A stretch of 64,000 nucleotides of DNA from positions 93,634 to 157,633 of the forward strand of contig JBPCLO010000013.1 of NCBI GenBank assembly GCA_051003155.1, written 5' to 3'. Of this stretch, positions 20,061 to 29,754 are shown one piece after another. Source of the DNA: Fimbriimonadales bacterium. GTDB lineage: Bacteria; Armatimonadota; Fimbriimonadia; Fimbriimonadales; ATM1. Position numbers and translations under genes: made by a program. The number at the start of each line of letters is the position of its first letter. The first letter of the stretch is position 1. The notes beneath the pieces are model-generated. The model made no database searches. It saw nothing but the letters and a program-made list of their open reading frames with translations, and had not been told where the DNA came from.

Positions 20061-21365
20061 TCACACGCCTGCAGCGACCTCTTGGTCTACGCGTTGTGAC
20101 GGAATTAACACCTTGAAGGTTGCTCCGGTTCCGAGCTTCGACTCGATGTCCATCCTTCCGCCCAATGCCGAAGCGAGTTCCAGCACGATCTTCGTTCCCC
20201 ATCCCGAGCCTCCGCTTGACGACCATTGCGACGTCGCGTTTCCGGACAGAATACGCCTTATGACGTGCTCGGGCATTCCCGGTCCCGAATCCTGCACCTC
20301 GATTATGAACTGCACAGGGTCTCGCTTGCACCGTATCCAAACCTCTCCTGTCCTGTCTTGGTCATCGGCATGTGATCCTTTCCGATTCGATTCGCAGACG
20401 GCTTTGATTGCGTTGCCTACCAAGTTCTGCACGATTCGAAACACAAACTGGCTGTCGAAGAGGGCATGAGACTGGTCATCGGTGATCTCATAAAGTAATT
20501 TTACGCCGTTTCGTCGGGCCTCTGGCTCGAGGTACGCCGCAGCGTCGGCAACGGCTTTTGGTAGAATGCCCGGGTTCAACGTCGGCCGTACCGATTGCCC
20601 CGCGGAAATGTCCGAAATGAGTCTGCTATAGCCGACAATCCTGTCGATGGTGTTGCCCATTTCTTCAAAGGCCTCTCGGAGATCGCTGGTTCGATCCTTG
20701 GGGTCTCCCTCCTTGCCAAGGTCCGCCTCTATGCCTTCTAATAGCGGATCGATGTAAAGCAGGTTCGAATATAGAGCCGCCGCCAGATTGCCGATGTCGT
20801 GCGAAACCTTGCCCATTCCCATGAGGCTTGCGGCCCGATTCGCCTGTTCCATTAGACTAGAATTGATGTAGGCCATAGCGCTCACCGCGCATACCGTCTC
20901 GATAACCTTGAGGTCTTGGTCATCGAAGTCGCCTACGCGCTTGTTGATGAGCTGGACAACGCCGATGGGGACGAGCCCAGGAACTCCCAGCGGGGCCGAA
21001 AGCATGTTTCGGATCGAGATGTCGGTCGCCGTTTCGAAGTCGGTTCGATTCGCGTTCGGCGCGATGGGGGTATCGCTGCTGGTAATCGTAGGCTCGCCGC
21101 TATGGAAGGCATGCCCAGCGGCGCCGAAATGGTCGGGAATGTCCTTGGCGGGAAGCTTCTCGCGCACTTCCTCCGGAAGCACATGTCGAAACTCTAGGCA
21201 GTGGCGGTCGGGATCGTGGATGTAAATCGTTCCGGCATCGGCTCCTGCGGCGTCGACACACAGCCGCAAGACCTCCCGCAACGTTTCCTCGACACTCGTC
21301 GTTGAGGACAGCTTTTGGGTCGCCATGTGAACGGCCGATATGAGCCGAGGTTCCCGATCCGACAT
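20061..21365 (-). CDS. GAF-domain sensor histidine kinase
   Basis: GAF (IGVVQLINK..FDDQD), H-box SHDIGN, NLVGNAIKA, DSGPGM, GSGWG. Confidence 0.9.
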   Translation of the reverse strand: MSDREPRLISAVHMATQKLSSTTSVEETLREVLRLCVDAAGADAGTIYIHDPDRHCLEFRHVLPEEVREKLPAKDIPDHFGAAGHAFHSGEPTITSSDTPIAPNANRTDFETATDISIRNMLSAPLGVPGLVPIGVVQLINKRVGDFDDQDLKVIETVCAVSAMAYINSSLMEQANRAASLMGMGKVSHDIGNLAAALYSNLLYIDPLLEGIEADLGKEGDPKDRTSDLREAFEEMGNTIDRIVGYSRLISDISAGQSVRPTLNPGILPKAVADAAAYLEPEARRNGVKLLYEITDDQSHALFDSQFVFRIVQNLVGNAIKAVCESNRKGSHADDQDRTGEVWIRCKRDPVQFIIEVQDSGPGMPEHVIRRILSGNATSQWSSSGGSGWGTKIVLELASALGGRMDIESKLGTGATFKVLIPSQRVDQEVAAGV

Positions 21366-21409
21366 CCAGCGTAAATTATGGCTTATCGCGCGGGTAGCAT
21401 CGGGTTTCG

Positions 21410-21901
21410 ATGGAGCTACGGTACTTTCCAGAAGATGCGGTAAGAGTCCGCAAATTAGCGGGATCACTCTATCCACGATGCGAGATCGAGAGCGACCGGT
21501 GCGTGTTGCAGGCCAAGTTTCGGCGGTGTTTTCCACTGACCGATCCAACGGTGTTCGTTTCAATTTGCGAGGAATCCGGACGAGAGGTGGGGATTATCAA
21601 GGATCCAGAAGCCTTGGACGACGAAAGCAGGCTTCTGGTCGCCAAGGAATTGGACAATTTCTACTTTACGCCGATCGTTCGAAGCATCACCGCTCTCAAG
21701 CAAGAAGCGTCGATGTGGAAGTGGGAGGTGGAGACCCAAAGAGGGCCGGTTTCGTTCTACCTCCGGGGAGTCCGCGACTCCGTCCACGAGGTCGCTCCGG
21801 GTCGGTGGCAGATCTACAGCGTGGATGGCCAGCGATACGAAATCCAGAACTACGATAGCCTCGATGCCAAGACACAACATCTTTTCGAATCGCTTTTTTA
21901 A
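21410..21901 (+). CDS. DUF1854 domain protein
   Basis: RRCFPLTDP..VSI...EVGII..L...ELDNFYFTP, WEVETQRG. Confidence 0.8.
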   Translation: MELRYFPEDAVRVRKLAGSLYPRCEIESDRCVLQAKFRRCFPLTDPTVFVSICEESGREVGIIKDPEALDDESRLLVAKELDNFYFTPIVRSITALKQEASMWKWEVETQRGPVSFYLRGVRDSVHEVAPGRWQIYSVDGQRYEIQNYDSLDAKTQHLFESLF

Positions 21902-22568
21902 GACCGCTCTCGATTACCTTTCTCCTCCCAAATGCCATTTGTGCTTGGAGTTGGATCGAACGCCCGTTTGCAGCGAGTGTGAGGCCCTCATCCAAGAGCT
22001 ACCTGCCGGGAGTTGCCCCCGCTGCGCCGTGGGAAGCGCCGGGCAATGCCAGGACTGCCGATGGATGTCATACCTCGACTGGCTGAGGTCGGCCGTCGAC
22101 TATGAGGGGGTCGCGGGCCTAGCCGTAAGGCTGCTGAAGTTCAGTCGAAACATGGAACTCGCGGTACCGATGGCGCGGAAGATGGCAGCCTGCCCGATGC
22201 CGCTTTCGGTCGATTACATCGTTCCCGTTCCAACCCATTGGTCACGCCGGGCGCAAAGGGGTTTTAACCAAGCGGAGGAATTGGCGCACGGTCTTGGGTC
22301 CATCGACGGCCAGACTCGAACCGAACTGCTGATTCGTCACAAAGCGACGCCTCCGCAGGCGAGGGCGCGTGGGCGACAACGTAAAGAATCGCTCCGAGGC
22401 GCATTTTCATCTAAGCCTTGCCCCGGGGTAAAGGTCCTGCTTATCGACGACGTCGTAACCAGCGGTGGGACACTGGAGGCTTGCGCGGAAGCGCTCAAAT
22501 CGGCCGGAGCGTCATGGGTCGGAGCCCTGACATTCGCGCGCCAAATTAGCAAGGGAAGGCTACAATAA
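21864..22568 (+). CDS. comF: ComF family phosphoribosyltransferase-like protein
   Basis: N-terminal CxxC pairs, VPVP.H..R..RGFNQA, LLIDDVVTSGGT; start uncertain. Confidence 0.85.
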   Translation: MPRHNIFSNRFFKTALDYLSPPKCHLCLELDRTPVCSECEALIQELPAGSCPRCAVGSAGQCQDCRWMSYLDWLRSAVDYEGVAGLAVRLLKFSRNMELAVPMARKMAACPMPLSVDYIVPVPTHWSRRAQRGFNQAEELAHGLGSIDGQTRTELLIRHKATPPQARARGRQRKESLRGAFSSKPCPGVKVLLIDDVVTSGGTLEACAEALKSAGASWVGALTFARQISKGRLQ

Positions 22569-22575
22569 AGAGTCC

Positions 22576-23640
22576 ATGAAGGCTCTGATACTCGCGGGCG
22601 GCAAAGGATCGCGACTGCGCCCGATCACCCACAGCATCGCCAAACAACTGATACCCGTCGCAAATAAACCGGTAATCGAGTTCGGAATCGAAGCGATCCG
22701 AAACGCCGGCGTGACCGACTTCGGCATCATCGTCGGTGATTCGGCAGGCGAGATCAAGGAGGCTTTGGGCACGGGCGAACGGTGGGAGGCAAAGTTCACC
22801 TATATTCCCCAGTCTGCACCCCTTGGACTGGCGCACGCGGTCAAGACCGCGCAGCCCTTTCTTGGGGAGAGTCGATTTATAATGTATCTCGGCGATAACC
22901 TGATCAAGACCGGGGTCGACGAACTCGTAAAAGAGTTCGATACCGGATCATTCGACGCTTCCATCCTCCTCACAAAGGTGCCGAATCCCGGAGAATTTGG
23001 AGTCGCCGAGCTCCATGATGGCCGCGTCGTGGGTCTAGTCGAAAAGCCCAAGGAGCCGAAGAGCGACTATGCCCTGGTCGGCGTTTACCTGTTTAACCCG
23101 ACGATTTTCGATGCGATCGATACCCTGAAGCCCTCGTTCAGAGGAGAATACGAGATCACCGACGCGATACAAACCCTGATCGATTGGGGCAAGGACGTGC
23201 GCCCGCATATCGTCACGGGTTGGTGGAAAGATACGGGCACCGTCGAGGCGATGCTCGAAGCCAATCGCCTGATACTAGAGGACATGGCGCATTCCGTGGA
23301 AGGCGAATGTTGCGACAAGACGATGATCGACGGCCCCGTCACGATTGCAAAAGGCGCAAGGGTCGTGCACAGCACCATCCGCGGTCCAGCGGTGATCGGC
23401 CCCTGCTGCGAGATCATCGACTCCTACGTCGGGCCGTTCACCAGTATCGCCGAGCGCACCCGACTCGAAAACTCCGAGATCGAGTACAGCATCGTAATGG
23501 AGGACGCGGTCATTGAAAACGTTGACGGCAGAATCTCGGGCAGCCTAATCGGCCGCGGCGCCACAGTATCCAAGACCGGCAGGAAGCCGATGTCTGTTAG
23601 GCTGGTGCTCGGCGACAACTCAAGCGTCGTGATTCCGTAG
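22576..23640 (+). CDS. rfbA: Glucose-1-phosphate thymidylyltransferase (long form)
   Basis: LAGGKGSRLRPIT..AKQLIPVANKP, YLGDN, RGEYEITDAI, WWKDTG. Confidence 0.9.
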   Translation: MKALILAGGKGSRLRPITHSIAKQLIPVANKPVIEFGIEAIRNAGVTDFGIIVGDSAGEIKEALGTGERWEAKFTYIPQSAPLGLAHAVKTAQPFLGESRFIMYLGDNLIKTGVDELVKEFDTGSFDASILLTKVPNPGEFGVAELHDGRVVGLVEKPKEPKSDYALVGVYLFNPTIFDAIDTLKPSFRGEYEITDAIQTLIDWGKDVRPHIVTGWWKDTGTVEAMLEANRLILEDMAHSVEGECCDKTMIDGPVTIAKGARVVHSTIRGPAVIGPCCEIIDSYVGPFTSIAERTRLENSEIEYSIVMEDAVIENVDGRISGSLIGRGATVSKTGRKPMSVRLVLGDNSSVVIP

Positions 23641-24219
23641 CCAGTGCGCGGCTTCGGTCAAAGCGATGCCTCGGTGGCTAATGGCATTCTTTTGATCGGG
23701 TTTCATCTGGGCAAACGTGCAGTCTTGTTCCGGCAAAAAGAAGATGGAATCGTAACCGAATCCCCGCTCGCCGGCGGGTTTCTGGGCGATCGATCCCCCT
23801 TTGACAGATTCAAAAACCATGGTCGGCCCTCCCGGTTCGCTGATCGCTACTGCGCAACGAAACCGGGCGTCGCGTGCCTTGCCGTCCAGCCGCTCCAAGA
23901 TAATTCGAATTTTGTCAGGGAAGGGAAGGTCTTCGCCGCCGAATCTTTTGCTGTGAAGGCCCGGCGTTCCTCCGAGGGCGTCGATTTCGAGGCCTGCATC
24001 ATCGGCGATGCACAACTCCTTCGTCGCACCTGCTGCCGCCTCCGCCTTGATCTTCGCGTTCTCCGCATAGCTGTCTCCCGTTTCCTCAGGCTCCGGAAAT
24101 TCTGGGTAATCCGCCAAGGTTCGAACTTCCCAGAATTCCCCGAGCAGATCGGCGAGTATCCTCACCATCTCCGAGGCTTTGCTTTGGTTTCTCGTCGCGA
24201 CGACAAGCATCGTCCTCAA
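23620..24219 (-). CDS. rdgB: Non-canonical purine NTP pyrophosphatase
   Basis: ATRN..K, ENAKIKA, GFGYD, KNAISHRG; follows rph. Confidence 0.92.
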   Translation of the reverse strand: MRTMLVVATRNQSKASEMVRILADLLGEFWEVRTLADYPEFPEPEETGDSYAENAKIKAEAAAGATKELCIADDAGLEIDALGGTPGLHSKRFGGEDLPFPDKIRIILERLDGKARDARFRCAVAISEPGGPTMVFESVKGGSIAQKPAGERGFGYDSIFFLPEQDCTFAQMKPDQKNAISHRGIALTEAAHWLRNHDA

Positions 24220-24935
24220 ATGGCGAGAACCTCGGTTTGGTACTCGAAAAGCTGCTTGATCCCTCTCTTCCCAAGCCCAAGAAGCTTAGCGAACTGCTCC
24301 TCTTCGAAAGGGTCGCCTTCGGCAGTTCCTTGGACCTCGACGTACCGGCCTTTGTTCGTCATGATGAGGTTCAGGTCCACCGCGGCCCTGCTGTCCTCTT
24401 CATAGCAAAGGTCCAGAAGTTCGACGCCGTTGACTACGCCGACGCTCACAGCCGCGATGCTCTCGCTCATCGGAGTGCGGTCGACCATGCGCTGCTCGAT
24501 CATCCACCGGAAAGCGTCTTCGAGCGCCACTTGTGCACCCGTGATTGCCGCCGTGCGTGTGCCTCCATCCGCTTGGATAGCATCGCAATCGATGGTGATC
24601 GTACGTTCGCCCAGCTTCTTCAGATCGACGACGGCGCGCAGGCACCTCCCGATGAGACGCTGAATCTCCATCGACCTGCCATTCGGTCGCTGGTTGTCCC
24701 GCTGATTACGCTGCTTTCCGGAGCGCGGTAGCATTCCGTACTCAGCGGTGACCCATCCCGATCCCTTGCCCTTCATCCACATAGGAACCCGATCCTCGAC
24801 TGTGGCAGTGACGAGCATGATCGTGTCGCCCATGGAAATGCGGCAAGAGCCCTCCGCAAACTTCGCGACCCCCCTCTCCATCGTAACCGGGCGAAGCTCA
24901 TTCGCAGCGCGTCCATCAACCCTCTGTAAAGCCAT
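24216..24935 (-). CDS. rph: Ribonuclease PH
   Basis: GWVTAEYGMLPR, EIQRLIGR, QADGGTRTA, EVQGTAE. Confidence 0.97.
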   Translation of the reverse strand: MALQRVDGRAANELRPVTMERGVAKFAEGSCRISMGDTIMLVTATVEDRVPMWMKGKGSGWVTAEYGMLPRSGKQRNQRDNQRPNGRSMEIQRLIGRCLRAVVDLKKLGERTITIDCDAIQADGGTRTAAITGAQVALEDAFRWMIEQRMVDRTPMSESIAAVSVGVVNGVELLDLCYEEDSRAAVDLNLIMTNKGRYVEVQGTAEGDPFEEEQFAKLLGLGKRGIKQLFEYQTEVLAI

Positions 24936-24945
24936 CGCGCTGATT

Positions 24946-25782
24946 TTACCGGCGGATTAGGAGCGCGGCAAGCCAGCCGTCTTGAATCGTTGTTTCGGAA
25001 AGATCGAATCCGCACGTGTTCGCAGCAGCCAGGACATCTGGCCAGTTGTCGGGAATCACACCGGACAGGATCCACGTCCCACCGATCTTCACGACACGCG
25101 CGATTTCGGGAGCCAGCTTGATCAAAACTGCCGAGACGATGTTCGAAACAACGACATCGCACGGTGGAACCTCCGCAGGAATCGTCCCGGTTGTTGCTAA
25201 TTGCGCGGTTACGCCGTTCCTCTTGAGGTTCCTACGCGCCACATCGGCGGCGGGCGGATCGATCTCGGTCGCGATAATCTTATTGGCACCGAGACGGCCG
25301 GCCGCTATCGCTAGGACCCCGCTGCCGCAGCCGACGTCGAGCACCGTATCGCCTGCCGAAATCGCATCTTCGAGGAGCGCAACGCACATCCGTGTCGTCG
25401 GGTGCTCGCCGGTCCCGAAAGCCTGCCCGGGGTCTAGCTCGATCACGAGCTTTTCGCCCGCTTCGGCTTCCTCCCAACTCGGCTTGATAAGAAACCGTTT
25501 TCCGATCGACCGGGGTCTGAAGAACTGCTTCCAGGTTTCCGCCCAATCCTCTTCGGGTACCGATTCGAAGGAAACGCTCGTGGCCCCCTGATCGAGCAGC
25601 GCCTTTCCTAGTACAGCAGTAACGTCGCCGGCTGAGTCCGTTTCGGTAAAGAAACCGCTCAAGGAAGCGGGGTTATCGCCTTCGATCGTTCCCGAGCAGC
25701 CGTGGGATTCGAAGATTTCATGAACGACCGAAAAGTCGCCAGGCTTGGCGTCGAACACAGCCCTGGCCCGCAGCCAGTTCAC
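24946..25782 (-). CDS. prmA: Ribosomal protein L11 methyltransferase
   Basis: DPGQAFGTGEHPTT, LDVGCGSG; downstream of dnaJ. Confidence 0.95.
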   Translation of the reverse strand: MNWLRARAVFDAKPGDFSVVHEIFESHGCSGTIEGDNPASLSGFFTETDSAGDVTAVLGKALLDQGATSVSFESVPEEDWAETWKQFFRPRSIGKRFLIKPSWEEAEAGEKLVIELDPGQAFGTGEHPTTRMCVALLEDAISAGDTVLDVGCGSGVLAIAAGRLGANKIIATEIDPPAADVARRNLKRNGVTAQLATTGTIPAEVPPCDVVVSNIVSAVLIKLAPEIARVVKIGGTWILSGVIPDNWPDVLAAANTCGFDLSETTIQDGWLAALLIRR

Positions 25783-26888
25783 GTACTCTTCTTGACCGTC
25801 TTCAGGAAGTCGCCGAGAAATCCCTGCTCTGCTTTACCGGATTTCTTGGCATCGAACGAGTCCTGGAACGACACCAGCAGCTGCTTTTGGTATTCGCTCA
25901 ACTCTTTGGGAACGTCGACGGCCACCCGAACGCGCAGGTCTCCGCGGTCCTGGCTTCCGACTTGCGGAACCCCTTGGCCGCGAATTCTGAACTCCTGTCC
26001 GCTCTGCGTTCCAGCGGGGATCCCGATTTCGAATTCGCTGTCGATACCGTCGAGTTTGAGCTGTGCGCCCAGTGCGGCCTGCGCGAACGAGATCGGGACG
26101 TTCGTCATTAAGCCGTTTGCATCGCGGGTGAATCGAGGGTCCCCCTTAACCCGGACGGCGACATAGAGATCGCCTGGGCGGCCGCCGTTCAGGCCGTCCT
26201 CGCCCTGGCCGGGGATGTGAAGCACCGTGCCCGTATCCACGCCGGGTGGGATGTTGACCTCGAACTTCGTCTTTGCGGTTTGCCGCTTATTGCCCACGCA
26301 CCGAGGACAAGCGTCTTTCACGACCTGGCCCTCGCCGGCACACCGGGAGCACGGGGCCGTTCTGCGAACCTGGCCCATGAAAGTGTTGGTGACCTGCACC
26401 ACAACGCCCGCGCCGCCACAGTCGGGGCAGGGAATCGGAGAAGTGCCGGCGCGCGCACCCGAGCCGCTGCAATCGGGGCAGGTCTCCAGCCGGTCGTAAA
26501 GCAGCCAACGCTTGACCCCGGTCACGACTTCTCTAAGGGTCACGGTTTCATCGACTTGAAGGTCACGCCCTTGCACGACCCTTGGCCCGCCGCGGCGAGG
26601 CGCCCCCGCGCCGAAAAACATCTCGAAAATCTCGCCGATGCCGCTGAAGTCTGCGGCGCTCGGCTGAGCATCGGAGACGGTCCCGTAGAGGTCGTACTCG
26701 CGGCGCTTGGCGTCGTTGCCTAGCACTGAATAGGCTTCGCCGAGCTGCTTGAACTTGGCTTCGGCCCCCGGGTCTTCCTTGTTGACGTCGGGGTGGTACT
26801 TGCGCGCGAGCCTTCGGAAGGCCGACTTTATCTCATCCGGGCCGACGTCTCGCGCCACGCCTAAAATTGCGTAGTAGTCCTGAGACAT
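25779..26888 (-). CDS. dnaJ: Chaperone DnaJ
   Basis: J domain HPD, four CxxCxGxG-type repeats, C-terminal domain. Confidence 0.96.
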   Translation of the reverse strand: MSQDYYAILGVARDVGPDEIKSAFRRLARKYHPDVNKEDPGAEAKFKQLGEAYSVLGNDAKRREYDLYGTVSDAQPSAADFSGIGEIFEMFFGAGAPRRGGPRVVQGRDLQVDETVTLREVVTGVKRWLLYDRLETCPDCSGSGARAGTSPIPCPDCGGAGVVVQVTNTFMGQVRRTAPCSRCAGEGQVVKDACPRCVGNKRQTAKTKFEVNIPPGVDTGTVLHIPGQGEDGLNGGRPGDLYVAVRVKGDPRFTRDANGLMTNVPISFAQAALGAQLKLDGIDSEFEIGIPAGTQSGQEFRIRGQGVPQVGSQDRGDLRVRVAVDVPKELSEYQKQLLVSFQDSFDAKKSGKAEQGFLGDFLKTVKKST

Positions 26889-26890
26889 CC

Positions 26891-27406
26891 TCAGTCGATG
26901 AGCGCTTCGTCTTCTTCCACTTCTTCGACTTCGTCGACTTCGAGGTCGGTGAGCGAGGCGACCGCGAGTTCATCCTCGTCATCTTCGTCCTCGTTCTCTT
27001 CGTCAAGAAGGTCTTCGAGCGAGATCGTTTCCTCCTCGAAGTCGCCGGCTTCGCGCATGCTCGCTCCGGCGAACGGCGCTTCGTCCTCCGCCGTGCGCGG
27101 CGTCACGCCGAGTAACGCCCCGATGTCGCCAAAGCCCGAATCGAACCCGCCTGCTTCTCTCGCGAGAAGATCGATGGAGTCGAGCGTCTCGCTGGCTTGA
27201 GGAACGAGGTCGCCCTCGACCATGATCGCCCGAACGGCGCCTTCAGCGATTTCTTCGAGAGCGATCGTGATGGGATGAATTGACGTCGTATGAATCAGGA
27301 CCGGCGCCCCGTCTTTGATCTGCTTGGCGCGCCTTGCCGCGAGGTTGGCAAGGACATAACGGCTGGAAAATGCGTCGAGCTTGTCGCCTTCTGGGTAGAG
27401 TGCCAT
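26891..27406 (-). CDS. rpoZ: RNA polymerase omega subunit with long acidic C-terminal extension
   Basis: SRYVLANLAARRAKQI..P.TIALEEIAEG. Confidence 0.85.
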   Translation of the reverse strand: MALYPEGDKLDAFSSRYVLANLAARRAKQIKDGAPVLIHTTSIHPITIALEEIAEGAVRAIMVEGDLVPQASETLDSIDLLAREAGGFDSGFGDIGALLGVTPRTAEDEAPFAGASMREAGDFEEETISLEDLLDEENEDEDDEDELAVASLTDLEVDEVEEVEEDEALID

Positions 27407-27473
27407 AGTTTAGGAAGCCCCGACTGCGCGCAGGGGCCGAACCTGATATTATACACTACCGAACGGATGAAGG

Positions 27474-28958
27474 CTACGTACCCGGGACAATCCATCGTGC
27501 CCGGTCGATGCGGGCGAACCACGGGAAGATGAATACCGGGCCGAGGGCTTTGTAACTGATCCTCGCCCTCACGTTCCTTGTGCCCGCCTCGATGTAGTCC
27601 GACGCGTTGCCCGTCACGTTCACACGTTCGACGCTGTCGATCATTGTCGCCATGTGAGTCTCGATTACATCGTAGGTCTGCGTCGCGAAGTTGTACAGCG
27701 CGATATTCATCTCGGCATTCCCGATGCTCGCGCTGGATTCCATCTGGAAGCTGAGCATGGGCGGCGATGCCTGCGGCGATATGCCGTTCAGCCGAATCTG
27801 AATCGGCGGCTCCGCGTTCGAAAAAACCGCACCAGGACGCATGACGAGCCGGTTGTCGTCGCTTGATAGCAAAGACGAGAGATTGCCCGACACGACTGAG
27901 CCTCGAAGCATGTCGAAAGAGACCGGCGGAATGATGCTGTTCTGGCGGATCCATAACCCGGCGTGTACTGTGCTGTTCCACCCACGTACGATTCGTATTT
28001 TACCGACCACGCGGGTTACGTCGCCCGTATCGTAGACCGCATACGCCTCAGATCTTTCTGCGTGAGCGGGGTGAAGATCGACGTACGTGTCACGCGAGCC
28101 GTACCAAAGCGTTGCTCGAATTTTACCCCGGACCAATGCCTCACCGACTTGCTGCCCCTCGTGCACGCCATATGCTTTAGAACCCTGGCCGGGGTCTAGG
28201 TCCACGTAAGTATCTGCAGAGCCCCGCCAAAGGCATGCGCCCGCCGCGCCGCCAGAGGCCGAAGTCAGCTCGCCCACTTCCTGATCAGCATCAATCGCAA
28301 ATGCCATTGAATTTAAGGCGCCAACGGGATGAAGATCTACCCACGATGCCGCTGTTCCCCTCCAATAGCCTGCGTGCGACGAGCCGAATACTGCCCACCC
28401 AGCCTGGCGGCCATTATGCACCCCTCTGGCCCAGGACCAGCCCGAGCCTGCGGGGCTTAGGTCTACCCAAGACTCCGCCGTGCCCCTCCAAAGGCTTGCA
28501 CTTGGGTACTCGTGCCGGAGATCGACACCACCAACTTGCTGGCCGTTATGCACATCACTAGCCTGCGCAGCGAGAGCACCCTTTGGCGTCAGATCTATCC
28601 AAGAACGATCTGACCAAAGGATCGCACGACTTTCTTCCTGTACGTTATAGCGGCCGTATCCGACAATCTCGCGGCCCTGTACGGCGGTTGCGACCGATGA
28701 ATGGAGACCGTCCGGCAGGAAGTTCCCTGATTCACTGCTACCTGACCATCTTACGGCCCGCGCTTGCGAACCCGACGCAGCCCAGCCCACCTCGCTGCCG
28801 GCGTCGGCCCCCAAGGCATTGGCTTGAGAGCCTTGAGGGGTTAAGTCGATGAACGTCCACTGTGCGCCCGCATGTGCAGCCACGCCAACTACAACCGCAA
28901 TGGAAGCACCCCTCCAAGCTCGGCCCGGGCGCTCGGTCACACTCCTCAACCGTTTCAC
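27474..28958 (-). CDS. Secreted repeat (beta-propeller-like) protein with shared C-terminal domain
   Basis: Signal peptide ending AGA-Q, ~40-aa repeats WRGTA.SWVDL.P, C-terminal SDDNRL...FPW..RID..W domain. Confidence 0.8.
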   Translation of the reverse strand: MKRLRSVTERPGRAWRGASIAVVVGVAAHAGAQWTFIDLTPQGSQANALGADAGSEVGWAASGSQARAVRWSGSSESGNFLPDGLHSSVATAVQGREIVGYGRYNVQEESRAILWSDRSWIDLTPKGALAAQASDVHNGQQVGGVDLRHEYPSASLWRGTAESWVDLSPAGSGWSWARGVHNGRQAGWAVFGSSHAGYWRGTAASWVDLHPVGALNSMAFAIDADQEVGELTSASGGAAGACLWRGSADTYVDLDPGQGSKAYGVHEGQQVGEALVRGKIRATLWYGSRDTYVDLHPAHAERSEAYAVYDTGDVTRVVGKIRIVRGWNSTVHAGLWIRQNSIIPPVSFDMLRGSVVSGNLSSLLSSDDNRLVMRPGAVFSNAEPPIQIRLNGISPQASPPMLSFQMESSASIGNAEMNIALYNFATQTYDVIETHMATMIDSVERVNVTGNASDYIEAGTRNVRARISYKALGPVFIFPWFARIDRARWIVPGT

Positions 28959-28983
28959 TGGTAAGACATTCTACTCCGGAAAG

Positions 28984-29045
28984 TTAATCTCCCGGGACAA
29001 TCCAACGTGCCCGGTCGATGCGGGCGAGCCATGGGAACAAGGAAA
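28984..29045 (-). repeat. Diverged copy of the last ~60 bp of gene 27474-28958 (paralog 3' remnant)
   Basis: cccgggacaatcca(a/t)cgtgcccggtcgatgcgggcga shared with 27481-27517; FPWLARIDRARWIVPGD* vs FPWFARIDRARWIVPGT*. Confidence 0.85.
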
Positions 29046-29264
29046 TGACTGAATATCCGATTGTTCTTGAATTGGAGGAAGACGGGCGGTACTCGGCATC
29101 CGCGCCCGATCTGCCCGGCTGCGTGAGTTGGGGTGCGACACGCGAAGAAGCAATCGAGCGCGTGCGCGAGGCCGTCGAGCTCTGGATCGAATCGGCCAAA
29201 GGCCGACGGGGAGAGCATCCCGCAGCCCGGATCCTCCGTCGCCTACGTTAGCGTTGCGAGCTGA
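29045..29264 (+). CDS. hicB: HicB family antitoxin (probable extra base near 29198)
   Basis: YPIVLE.EEDGRYSASAPDLPGCVSWGATREEA..EA; typical ending ADGESIPQP lies in a shifted frame stopping at 29264. Confidence 0.8.
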
Positions 29265-29460
29265 AGCAATCGGACGTACGATCCGCCCCTGAAGGGCGTT
29301 CGCCAGTCTTGAGGATGCCTGAAGACCTCTTCGGTGTCGACTCGCTGCAAGCTGAACAAACCAAGTGCGTAAGACTCTGCGAATTCGGTCGAGGGTTTTT
29401 GCACCGTCCGGCCCGCTCATCGAATTCGCCAGCTCAATGAGGGACCTCTCCGGGCCAGCT

Positions 29461-29586
29461 ATTGAGCTCTTTCCGTGAGCCATAGAGCTCTATCGCCGAT
29501 CCATAGAGCTCGTTCCCCGGGCCATAGAGGTCGTGCATCGACCCATAGAGCTCTTTCCTTGAGCTATAGAGTTCTATTGCCGAGGT
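29461..29586. repeat. Six degenerate 21-bp tandem units with ATAGAGCTC core
   Basis: Units start at 29461, 29482, 29503, 29524, 29545, 29566; minus strand reads ELYGSxx heptads. Confidence 0.85.
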
Positions 29587-29754
29587 GCGCCGAGCCAGGA
29601 GTCGCCTGATCATGAAAGCCGCCAGAAGCACGCCCATCGGGACGATTTCGAAGGGGCCTCCGGCACATTTCCGAACACCCTAAATATTGCGTCGAATTCG
29701 ACAAAAGACACGGTCATTTGAGGAATTGGACGGTGCGCCGGGTAATATTGCAAG

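Noticed and set aside
27474..29045. Diversity-generating retroelement VR/TR pair
   Set aside because: Mismatches are not adenine-specific on either strand, several are synonymous, and there is no reverse transcriptase in the window
29461..29586. CRISPR array
   Set aside because: 21-bp period is too short, 'spacers' recur, and no cas genes are present
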